From positions 279,806,001 through 279,870,000 of the forward strand of contig OZ024741.1 in NCBI GenBank assembly GCA_964016885.1: a DNA stretch of 64,000 bases, read 5' to 3'. This DNA comes from Eledone cirrhosa (Eukaryota). The notes under the pieces were generated by a model. It did no database searches and was not told where the DNA came from. It was given only the letters and a program-made list of their open reading frames with translations. Positions 43,278 to 55,106 of this stretch are shown here, piece by piece (within the stretch, counting starts at the first letter, position 1; each line of letters opens with the position of its first letter). The position numbers were made by a program, and so were the translations under genes.

Positions 43278-43371
43278 CAATCATTTTAATCACGACACGT
43301 TTCAATAAGAGATAGATCGATCATGTAGCCATGATCGATTATCACTGATCTCGTCAGGTGAAAATGAATTG
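43278..43371 (-). ncRNA. Type I hammerhead ribozyme candidate with intact core
   Basis: UCAC-CUGACGA, long stem II with perfect AUCGAUCAUG/CAUGAUCGAU, then GAAA-CGU-GUC-GUGA. Stem I extends to about 13 bp with bulges. Confidence 0.78.
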
Positions 43372-44269
43372 TCTTCAAATCCTTGATATGAGGGAGAAAA
43401 TTAACGATGTTCACTCACAGAGTTTAGTCTTGTTAGCCCTTTGTTTGGCAGGTTTTCTATGGCTGGATGCCCTTCATATTACTAACCATTTTACAGAGTG
43501 TACTGGGTGCATTTTTCATGTAAATCAATAACACTATGGAGGTTGGCATGTCTATGACACAATTGAAGAGTCCACCAGTTGTGTCATAGGGGTTAGCCTT
43601 TGTAGACTCCAAGGTAAGCGTCCCCATTTTTCATTATTACCTGGCTTTCATTTCTTCCTCCATCATCTTCAACTATGTCTTCCTAGGTCTTCCTCTACCT
43701 CAATTTCCTTCCACCTTCATTTCCATCATTCCTCTCACCCAGTCACTTTCATCCTCCTTCAACACATGACTCAACCATGCATTCCATTTCTTTTCACAGC
43801 ATTCATATATAATCAGGTATAGTAGACAATTGAGAATTATGAGGTTTTCTCATCAAAACATTGCTATTGAGCAAATAAGAACAGTCAATATCTTTAGCAA
43901 GTTTGGCTAGCACAATATTGTCTTTGGCAGCTGCAATTTTATATTAAGTTTTTCTTTTCTTTTCTGGTAATTGTACTTTAAGTGGAGCAGACATCAACAT
44001 CCAATACCAATTTTATATGATTTGTGACAAGAGAAATTAGTAATTGGTAAAAGACAGGTTTTGTTTGTTTGTAATAACCATAAAACCTAAAGTCAGCATT
44101 TGTAATAGTAAATTTGGGGACAATTTAATTAACTATGCTCTTTCTATTTAATACATGGCATTGTATTATTATTGAAAATCAATAATATTCAGTTTTAAAA
44201 ATAAAATAAAAATTTAGATTTGAAATTCTGCTAAAATTGTAGTCAATAAAATAAGTACCAGCTATATAT

Positions 44270-44832
44270 GCAGGTTAACATCAAAAGACAGAAATATTCT
44301 GATGCACAAAAATGATATTTTGAAGAGATGGTCAGAATGCATAGAAGAACTATTTTAAGATAAACGTAAGCCCAGATTAGAAAAAGCTTGAAAACCTGGA
44401 ACAAACATACGTATGGCCTGTCCTTCTATATGGTTGTGAATGCTAGACAACAAGCAATAACAGGGCAGGGAAACTGGATGCTGCTGAAATGTAGTTCATC
44501 CAAAGAATATTCAAAATATCTTGGATGGAAAAGAAAACCAGCGACAAAGTTCTAAGACTGGCAGGCATGAAGAGATCTCTATTACAAAGTGACAATTGGA
44601 ATTCTTTGGCCACATAAACAGAAGAGATGGTTCGGAGAAGCAGATTCTTTGTGGCAAGATTACTGGAAAGAGGGGACAAGGAAGACAAAGAATAACATTT
44701 AGACAATGTGAACACATACATCAATGAAAATAGGAGGAGAAAGAGTGACCTCATCCAGAAAATTGATAACAGAAAGGACTGGAAAGCCATGATTGCCAAT
44801 GTTTGGAACAGACTTGGCACCTGATGATGATG
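44270..44832 (+). mobile_element. Decayed BovB-like RTE fragments
   Basis: ILKRWSECIEEL; LLYGCEC*T...KLDAAEM*FIQRIFKISW; (GAT)n tail. Confidence 0.65.
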
Positions 44833-45377
44833 ATATATACAAGTATGTGTGGACCCTTAACTCCTAATGGAGTCATAGGGGTTCCAGTGTGACATACTTT
44901 AAACTATCTTGGGTACTTTAAACCTGGTGGAGCCCATCTTTTCTCCAAGTCTGAACATAAACAATTATTTAGAGAGGGGGGTGGGGGTGACTAAGATATA
45001 TAGCTAAAGAATCAACCCCAGTACAGCTATATATACATCATCGTCAAGTTTAACATCTTTACTTGTCACAAGCTTTGGATATTTTGGTAGCCTCTTTCAA
45101 AGCATTTCTCCAGAATGTTTGTTCCAGAGATAGGCTTTGGTCAAGGTTCCAGGCTTTCAGATCATCTTTGTTTACCTCTTCCTAATCTTAAATCGGCGTC
45201 CCCTTCTCTGACTACCAGGGTTTACAATCTTGGTACATTGATGTATTCTACCACTACAGTGGGATAAATTTAATTAATTCTAACACAAACAATAGCAATG
45301 ATGGTACAGTTAAAGAACAGAATATAATTTAGAACATTTAAAGTTGCTTCACTTTTCTATGTACAAGTTTAACTATA

Positions 45378-45706
45378 CAGTGGAACCTTGATTCATTCCT
45401 GAAGGCCATTCGTCACCCGAAATATTCAAAATCCAAAAGTATTTTTCCCATATGAAATGTTGAGAGAGACACAGTGAGAGAGAAAGACTGTGTGTGAAAG
45501 ATAGAAAATTATCACCATAGTAACTAACTACACGGCAAGTGACGCTTTCCTGCCAACACTCCAAGCTTATTGCCAACCATTGTTGCTGGCTTGCATATTT
45601 GTTATTCAAGACACTGTTCGTCAACCAAGATATTTTATGTTTGGAAAAATGGTTTGTGAACAGATTTGTTCATGATGAGAGGTATTTGTGAACCAAGGTT
45701 CCACTG
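45378..45706. mobile_element. Tigger/pogo-like MITE with TA target duplication
   Basis: TA-CAGTGGAACCTTG ... CAAGGTTCCACTG-TA. Confidence 0.88.
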
Positions 45707-45744
45707 TATTTAAGTTTGCTATTCATTAATTTAGGGTAAATAAA

Positions 45745-45929
45745 GGGCGGTGGATTGGCAGTATCGGTAGAGGGTCGGACGCCATGCTTTCCAGCATAGT
45801 TACGTCCCTTTACGATCTGAGTTCAAATCCCGCCGAGGTTGACTTTGCCTTTCATCCTTACGGGGTCGATAAAATAAAGTACCAGTAATGCACTGGGTAA
45901 TTGCTGGCCTTGTGCCTAAAGTAGAAACA
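45745..45929 (+). mobile_element. Full-length young tRNA-derived SINE with a 20-bp TSD
   Basis: A-box-like TGGCAGTATCGG, B box GAGTTCAAATCCC, conserved CCTTTCATCCTTACGGGGTCGATAAAATAAAGTACCAG. TSD ATTAATTTAGGGTAAATAAA at 45725-45744 and 45930-45949. Confidence 0.92.
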
Positions 45930-46971
45930 ATTAATTTAGGGTAAATAAAACAAACATCAATTATATACAGCTCCTGCATTACAGAAACTCTGGTTAAGGA
46001 ATTATGCAGAAATGATAAAATATGACCACAAACTTGAGAGTACAAAGTATAATTCCTCCCCGCCCCCACCCTACAATAAAAAAAATATACCAATAGTATT
46101 TTGGGGGGGTGATGTGGGGTGAGGGACTTTTCATAGCTACAAATCAGCCCTGATTTACACAAAACTTGGTGAAACCCATTTCACTCATGATCAGACAATC
46201 ACATCATTTTTAAATATTAGGCACTATATTGCCTGATGTGTCCTTCCTTTTATTAAGATGGTAGGATGCAACTGGAAGAAAATTCTGTTACTATTTCTAC
46301 CATTTTTGCCAACCATAGAGAGACCCCTATTTTTCATCACCCCTCTCCTATGTGTCAAAGTAATTTGAGTTCAGACAGACACAAAATAAAATGAAGTTTG
46401 TTGAAATAGCTAGTTATTGTCAAAGTCTTGTCAAGAAACACTACAGATTACATCAGTGAAACAGGGTTACTCATAAAGACATTCATATTATTCACTATTT
46501 TGTAATTACTCATTGACAGATAGTTTGTATGAGTACAGACTGGAAGTGGAAATGGTGAGAAAGACATTTAATGATAGTGTGTGTGTGGTGCATGCATCAT
46601 CTTTAGTTCCTTTTACTCCCTATAGAGCAATAGGCAATGTTTGTCATTTTTGTAACAATTTTCATCAATGGAATTAAGGTTGTTAGCCTAATACTCCTCC
46701 CTGCTTTCTCAACATAAATTGAAAACCAACCTACCTTTCAAAGTCAGGATAGAGGGGAGCCCGTAACCCTGAATAGGGGCCTATTTCATGTACTGTCAGC
46801 CAGAGCTAGGTCAGCCTAGTACTCAAATCACTTCACCCTATTTTAAAAGGAACATTAGATAACATCGTGTTCACTATGGAAATAGTGTTTCTCTGTTTCT
46901 TCTTTTTTAATTGCTTTTGTTTTCATTCTAAAAAAAATTTATTCAACAAATTTTCATTTCGATTATATAAT

Positions 46972-47163
46972 ATAATTGTTTCTACTATTGGCACAAGGCC
47001 AGCAATTATCCAGTACATTACTGGTACTTTATTTTATCGACCCCGTAAGGATGAAAGGCAAAGTTAACCTCGGCGGGATTTGAACTCAGAATGGCAAGGG
47101 CCGTAACTCTATGTGTCAAAGCAAGGCGTCCAACCCTCTACTGATACTGCCAATTCACCACCT
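46972..47163 (-). mobile_element. SINE of the 45745 family
   Basis: Reverse-complement match to 45745-45929. Confidence 0.85.
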
Positions 47164-47929
47164 TTGATAGATTTTCCTAACTTTGGGTCAAAGTCACAAA
47201 TTCTTAAGGGAAAAGGTATAGTTGCTGGAATCAACTTTAATACATTATATGTTCTTATTTTATGAACTCCAAGGAGGAAAAGAAAAGGCAAAAACTATCC
47301 CTGGTAAGCGTTTCAACTCAGAACATAGTGATGTAAACTAAAAAAGGAATAAGTCTGCCACTGCACCCAACTTCTTAGATGCAATATTATTAATATTCTT
47401 TGTAATTCTATATATAATGGAGCTGAATGCGATATGCATATATGATTAAAAGAATTTAGTTTCTGCTCAAATTTCTTTCTTTTTTTCTTGTATTTTTTTG
47501 TCAATGCATGTAGGCAAGTAAGCTAATATTTCCACTAAGAAAAAACAAAAAACAAAACAACAACAAAAAAAAAAAACAGCGTAGCATTGTCATTTTACTA
47601 GCCTTTCAAATGAGTGTGTGTATGTCATACATACCCCATAATATATATATCACTTAGATTACTCACACAGATTTACATATACAACAAGATGTACTACAAA
47701 ATATATTTCGATACAATGAAAATTGATAGTGTTGCATCTTACCTTAGTAGTAGCTTGGTATGATTATATCAAACACCCCACCTCCATCTTACACTAATGA
47801 CAGAAGGGCCACAAAATAGACACAGGAAGGGACAAGATACAGTGTGTGTGTGTGTCCTGTGTATCCTACAGTGCTTCTGACTCCTCCTTTCTCTGTGTTA
47901 TTTCCTTGCTTCTTCCACCATCAACCCAC

Positions 47930-48440
47930 CCTTGTCTTTCATCACTTAGAACTACACCAGGCCTTCTCTCCTGCTCCTACTACCATTCCAGCACCTATCC
48001 ATCCTTAGCCAATACCACCTCACTTAGAACTATACTAGGCCTTTTCCCTTGCTCTAACTACCATTCTAGTAACCTATCCATCCCTTGCCAATACCACCAC
48101 TTTCACCAGCCTATAGAATTTTCTTACCACATCTATCACTCTTTCACCTGCACTAATATTATTTATGTCCTTTGGTGTCTGCTCAGTGGAACTATTTACA
48201 TTGGACAAACACACAGTTGATTAGCAGACCGATTCTCAGAGCACCTGAGGGACATTTGACTAGGAAATGACACTTTGGTTGCCAACAATTTCTATTCTCC
48301 CAATCAGTCCACAGAACACCTTTCTGATTTTGGTCTTGTCTCACACATCAGGCCGCCAAGAGCTTGCTTCCAAATTGGCATTTTGGCTTGGAACCACTAT
48401 TCCGAACAGTCTTAATTCTCCACCTCAGCTTCTCTAAATT
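47930..48440 (+). pseudogene. Decayed Penelope-like GIY-YIG endonuclease region
   Basis: SFTCTNIIYVLWCLLSGTIYIGQTHS*LADRFSEHLRDI*...VANNF...LGTTIPNSLN matches the PLE GIY-YIG pattern. The upstream linker is tandemly duplicated (~78 bp, 47942-48098). Confidence 0.8.
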
Positions 48441-49394
48441 TTCATCTCACATTCATGTGTTCAGCTCTTACACACAAACACACACACACCAGAAAAGCAT
48501 GCACATTACACACTCTTCATCCTCAGACAAACACACACAAACATAAACATGCACCCACACAACACCTCTATACACCTTTTAAGGTACATGCACACCGAAA
48601 CACACACACACACATAAGCTAACCCAACACATGCTACATCATACATACGTTTCCATGATAACGCATTAGACATGTAAACACAATCTTACAAAAACACTTC
48701 TTTGTTTCCTGTGTGTGTAGGGGGAAGAGAGCAAAATATGTTATATACTTTCATATATATGTGTAGGGGGGGGGGGATCAAGACATGTTATATACTTATA
48801 TATGTATGTGTGCCCAATTAAAATGCTTCATAATATTTGTTCTGGCTCTCTACATTCTGGTTCTAATCCCACAGAGGTCAACTTTGCCTTTCATTCTATT
48901 AAAGTTGGTGTTTGGAGCAGAACTTAAGATTTTTAGAGAAAATTATATTGGAAAGTATAAAAGTTAAACAAAAACACTTTAAAAGAAATGTTTTTTTTTA
49001 TCTTAGAACCAGGGGTAGTTTCAAGTTAGCTAGTATCAAAAGGATTTATCAAGCAACAGAAAGAATTCATTCTTTTTATAAATTATGTAAATATATAAAA
49101 ACAATTTTTTAATATATATTTACAACATTAAATGGATAAAATAAAAGCTCTTTTACAAATTTTTGCTGATTATGTAAGAATATTATAAATAATATATTCA
49201 CTAACATTAATTGTGTGTATCCAGTTTAAAATAAAGATAGCATATCTTTGTGTGTTGTAAGAAGCAACTAAAAGAGTTAGTGTCTATCAATGAGAGAGCA
49301 GTGTTCAGCAAAACTGGTATGGTATTAAGGTGAAAGCAAGAATTATATAAATTCTTATATGTGTAGCACCAGTTACCCCTTTATATAAATAAAG

Positions 49395-49799
49395 TCGGTT
49401 GTATGATGCCTGTGTGAGATGCGCGATGCTGCATGGTAGTGAGACATGGACAGCAACTGAAGAGGATATGCAAAGGCTGGAGAGAAATGAAGCAAGCATG
49501 CTCCGATGAATATGCAATGTCAATATGTGTGAACAACCAAGCATGGACGAGTTGAGAGTGAAACTGTGTATAAGAGGGATAAACTATAGTGTGCGGGAGA
49601 GAAGAATGCGTTGATATGGTTATGTGATGCGCATGGAAGACCATGAAAAACATGGGCGGAGGTGGTGAGAGCTGACCACAGATCACTGAAGCTCACAGAG
49701 GAGATGACGAGGGACCGTGACGAATGGAGAGATGCTGTGCTGAAGAGGACCTGTCCTACCCTTGCAAGTAGGGAAAAGCGGATGTAAAACGATGATGAT
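49395..49799 (+). mobile_element. Decayed 3' fragment of a family A RTE
   Basis: [18 protein letters not shown]...; terminal CCCTTGCAAGTAGGGAAAAGCGGATGTAAAACGATGATGAT. Confidence 0.88.
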
Positions 49800-50708
49800 A
49801 TATATATACATATATACAGTAGTTTACTACTATTTATATAAGTGATTTAATATTTGTGAATTAATTTTTTGTCTTTACATTGTCTCAAAAGGTTCCATTC
49901 AACTCATGCCAGCATGGATCAGTCAATGTAAAAACAATGATGATGATGATAACAATTAATTCCAGATTTTTTTTTTTTTTAAAAAGTCATGTAAAATGGA
50001 GTTTTCACTGACAAAGGATTTAAGGTTTAGAGTTGAATATTGATAATTGACAAATGGAATAAAGTTTGATATAAAAGAGCTAACGTTTGAATGACTCAAA
50101 CTTACATAGCTCAAATAAGGTAGTGGTTAAAATGAAAAAATAATAGGCACTAATGAAAACTGACAGCAAACATAAATTGGGGCAGAAGCCATATAATGTA
50201 AAACAGTTTTAGTGAGATCACATGGCTATATTTTATAAAGGTTTGTACAGTGAATCTAAAATTGCTTTGTCAATTTTTAGCAAATAATGTTCTTATGGTT
50301 GAATAACCATTTTAATATTTCTTTACTCTTTAAAAAAATTACTTCATCAATCATATCAAATTATTTACAAAATATGATGAAGAGAATAAAAAAATAGAGT
50401 AAGAAGCTTAATACAAATATTTCATAAATCATAATAAGCATCATTGTTTTTATGCCCGTTTTTCCATGTTAGCATAGGTATGTCAGGTCCTTTTCAGCAC
50501 AGCATCTCTCCACTCGGTGAGTCCCTTTGTCATCTCCTCTATTAGTCTCAAATATATTTCATTTTAATTTCCAACTAGGAGTAACAATCTTAAAGATGAA
50601 ATGGCCAAATCCCATGTCACTGCCAAACATTAACCCATGCAACATTTGACTGTACAAATGTAACTTTATTACATGGTTACACTTGTAATATTAGGTGGTT
50701 TACTTTAA

Positions 50709-50815
50709 CCTTTAACGTGCTGAATTCTTTATGAATTGCTTCCCTTGGCACTGCATTATGTATTAAGGGGAGATTACTCTATCAGTGACATGATGCGCCT
50801 AGAGCACGCTGAAGG
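50709..50815. mobile_element. Small TTAA-flanked MITE-like element
   Basis: TTAA-CCTTTAACGTGCT ... AGCACGCTGAAGG-TTAA. Confidence 0.45.
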
Positions 50816-50914
50816 TTAATGCTGCCTAGAATAACAATAACCAGAAACTTATAGTTTGTGACATTACTGAACACGGCTCTGCCTCTAAATAAGTTATGGG
50901 TCAGAAAATTGCTT

Positions 50915-53900
50915 CATCATCATCATGCGTTTAATGTCCATCTTCCACGCTTGCATGGGTTTGGACGGGAATTTTCCCACTTGAGGCAAGATTGGTTGTC
51001 TTGCTCGTATAGGACTGTCTGGCGGGTTTTCTATGGCTGGATTCCCTTCCTAACACCAACCACGTTTACAGTGGACTGGGAAGCTTTTACCGTGTTACCT
51101 ACACTTCCATATTACAGCGTGGACTGTGTGTTTTTTTGTCGTGACACCTACACGACCTCATTTATTTCGGAATGGATGTTGTGGTACCAACCAACATAAC
51201 TTTACATCGAAAGGGGTGGTGTGGATGGGGTGGAGGTAGTGGGACGGGGGTGTATTTTTGTTAAGAGGTGCCTACTGACTGTAGGTTTCGCTTTGTACTT
51301 AGGCATAGCGAGTCTTCTGTATTACTGTATAGCGCCAAAGATCTCAGTCCAGTGACATTGTCTTGGAGAGGTGTAAGTGTGTGAGGTGGGAATTCGTCCC
51401 AGGTTTTTCTGGGTCTGCCTACTCCGTGGCTACCGTCTATTTTTATCGCCCTGCACTTTTTTATACAGCTGTTGTCTTTCATGCGCATCACATGACCATA
51501 CCAATGTAGTCTTCTCTCGAGTAAACAACATCTGATCCCTCTTATTCCTAATTTTTCCCTTAGTTCATTTATGCTTTGCCATTCACGTATATTACTATTA
51601 CACATCCAACGGATAATGCAAGCTTCATTCCTCTCCAGTCTGCGTATATCCTCTGCACACAATGCCCAGGTCTCACTGCCATGTAACATTGCTGTTCGTA
51701 TGCAGGCATCATACAACCTGCCTTTCATTTTTAGAGAGAAACCTTTAGCGGCCAATAGTGGTATAATCTCTCTGAACTTTTTCCATCCAGTTCTGACTCT
51801 AGCTACTGTACTTTCAGAGCACCCTCTACCACTGCTGATTTTGTCACCCAGGTAACGGAAGGTGTCCACTATTTCTATAGAACCATCTGTGCAATGGAAT
51901 GAGCTAGTATTCTGTGGGCACTTGCTGCTACTTATTGCACCTGAGCACCGGCCACATATAAAATCTATATTCTTAGTTAGCTTACCTGTGATCCCTCTAC
52001 ATCTTTTATGCACCCATACTTTGCATTTGGGACATAAAATGGAGTTTCTGGCTCCTCCTTTCCTACACACTGAGCATGGCCTTTTCCCAGATGGGACCAG
52101 TGCCCTATTTTCCTTCCTACAAACTAGAACTTTAGTCTTAGACAGGTTAATTTTAAGGCCTTTTGATTCTAAGCCGTGCTTCCATGTTTCGAATTTCTTC
52201 TCTAGTTCAGCCATTGATTCAGCTATGAGCGTTAGATCATCTGCATATAGGAGTTCCCATAGGCAGGCGGCCTTGAACTCCTCTGTTATAGCCTGAAGGG
52301 CAATAATAAATAGGAGGGGGCTGAGAACAGAGCCCTGATGAACACCAACTTTTACGCTAAACTCTCCACTATATTCGTTGTTAATTCTAACCGTGCTGAC
52401 TGTTTCTTTATACATGGCTTGTATAGCTCTCACAAGCCATTCATCAACACCTAGTTTTCTGAGAGCCCAACAGATAATGGGGCGTGGGACTCTGTCAAAG
52501 GCTTTCTCAAAGTCACAAAAGCTAAGTATAGGGGTTTACTTTTAGCTAGGTACTTCTCCTGTAGTTGTCGTACAATAAAAAGAGTGTCTCTGGTACTTTT
52601 ACCTGACACAAACCCGAACTGCATTTCATCTAGATCAATTCGCTCTCTGATTAGTTGCGCTATTACTTTTTCTGTGACCTTCATGACCTGGTCGATTAAT
52701 TTAATGACTCTATAGTTACCCCTATCAAGAGCATCTTTACTCTTGTAGCAGTTAATGATGATGCTGCTATGCCAGTCCTTCGGAACGGCCCCATTCTGTA
52801 TGACTTGGTTTACGATCCGGGTGACCATAGTGTGTCCCACCGTTCCAGATGCTTTCAGCAACTATTTCCGAAGGCCCGGCCGCCTTACCCGTCTTCATAT
52901 CTTTGATCGCCTTACTTATTATACTACCTTCAACTAACACTGCTGGTCCCTCTATTGGATCGATGTGGGGGAGACTGTCTTTCTCCCATTTATTCTCCTC
53001 ATTTAGTAGCCTTTCGTAGTGACAGTTCCAAGCTACCTTCTTATCAGCGTCAGTGATGGCAAGTACACCATCATCATTAAGGACACACTTCTCCCCAACA
53101 ATATCACGGTTTTCCTTGACACATTGCCTAGCAATCCCGAACACCTCACGTTTTTGGTCCTCGCGTTGTAGAACATGCTTGAACTTTCTTTCCTCTGCTT
53201 CCCTTCTTGCGAAGTACACTTGTCTCCTAGCTTCCCTCCTGGCCACTTGATACTCTTCTCTACTTCCCCCATCCCGCCATACTTTCCAAGCCTGCTTTTT
53301 GGCCTTGATTGACTCCTCCACCTTACTGTTCCACCACCAAGTTACTCTCCTCCTGCCTATAGGTCTGCTCCAGCCACAGATTTCATCTGTCGCCTTCAGC
53401 AGGTTAGCTTTCAGGAATTTCCACTGTTCCTCTATATTGTATGACTCTAATTGCTCTTCCTTACTATCAAAAGCATCAAGTAATATGCTTTTAAATTTAT
53501 TACTGGCTGTGGGGTCCTTTAGCTTCCATATTTTTCTCCTGAGGATAGTCCTCCTCTGTCTCGTCCTGACTATGAGGTCGCTAATCATGAGTCTATGTTG
53601 AGAGGTGCATTCTTCATGGGGGAGGGATTTAGTGTTTACAACAGACACTGTCACGTCTTCTGGTAAGGATATAATCTATCTGGCTTGTGTTTTCCCCTGA
53701 TCTATAGGTGATCAAGTGATTGTCTCGTTTTTTGAAGTTAGTGTTACAGATAGTTAGGTTATTTGCATCACAGAATTCCAGGATTCTGGAGCCTTCCTCA
53801 TTTCTAGTACCGAACCCATAGCCTCCATGGATTCCGTCATAGCTGTCACAATATTGTCCAACGTGACCATTTAGGTCGCCAGTGATAATTATGTAGTCAC

Positions 53901-54640
53901 TGTCGGTTATTTGGGAGGTAGTGAGCATTAACGACTCATAGAATCTGTCTTTTATAATGCCAGGCAGTCCAGATTGTGGTGCATATGCAGATATTATTGT
54001 CACAGTAGTTCTATTGAGGACAAGTCTTATTTTCATTCTGTCGTTCACTCTATTTACGTCTATTATCTTATCTGCTAATTTTTCAGCTAGCATGATTCCT
54101 ACTCCACCCAGCCCATTGTCATTTCCCACCCAGAAAAGCTTATAGCATCGTTTTTTACCAACAATGAATCTAGCAGACCCACCCCTCCATCTGGTCTCTT
54201 GAATACAGCAAACATCGACCTCCTTACGTTCAAGCATTTCTAAAACCTCGTTAGAGCGACCTTTTAAGGTGCCTACATTCATGGTACCAACTCTGAAGTT
54301 TTGGATTGCGTTTGGAGGGTGGGAACGGTGGGGCACAGGGTAGGGGGTGGGGGTGAGGGAGATGGGGTTAGCCATCTGCGGCCAAAATAAAGAGAAGTCC
54401 TTGCATTCTCGTCCGGCAGCATGAGGTGAATTTGTCTTTCTCTTTGGCATTGTCACCGAGTGTCCAGATTTTTTCTTTTCAAACTCTCCAGAATTCCGTA
54501 GTCCATCCATCATATCGAAAGGCAACCAGGTCTAAACTTAAGAAGTGATAGCATAGGCTGCTAACTTATAATTGGTTCACGTAATAATGGTGGTGAGTGG
54601 GGGCGGGTGGGAGGGATATGGGGTAGTTAGCGAGAAGGTT
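50915..54640 (-). mobile_element. Near full-length, frameshifted RTE (family B)
   Basis: APE (53629-54525), linker (52767-53654), RT (52451-52861, 51261-52433) in successive frames. The 3' UTR matches 42803-43230. The 5' limit is approximate. Confidence 0.93.
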
Positions 54641-54989
54641 TAAATAAAATGCTCGAATTTTGGGCATAATTGAACAAGCATATATAACAGTAATAAGAGA
54701 AGAATTATGGGAATTTAAAAATACAAGATTATACAATTAAACTACCAAGTGGCATCAAATGCTTTATTTATCATTGTTTATATGAACTGGAAGCAAAAAC
54801 AATTGCAGTGTTTACTAAGTGTAATCCTCATCATTTTTACCTCCATATTTCCATGCTGGCATGGGTTATACAGGATGTTTTGAGAATGTTTTACAGCCAG
54901 ATGCCTCTCTTCTCGCTAACCCTTTTAGTCACCTCTTACAACATGCAGAGATATGGTATACCTATTCTAAAAACTGATATAGATATGAC

Positions 54990-55040
<51 letters not shown>

Positions 55041-55106
55041 CGAAACATAAGTCAATTGCATGAACTCATAATCCTTTATTTACTGCTACATATATTTCGA
55101 TGATAG

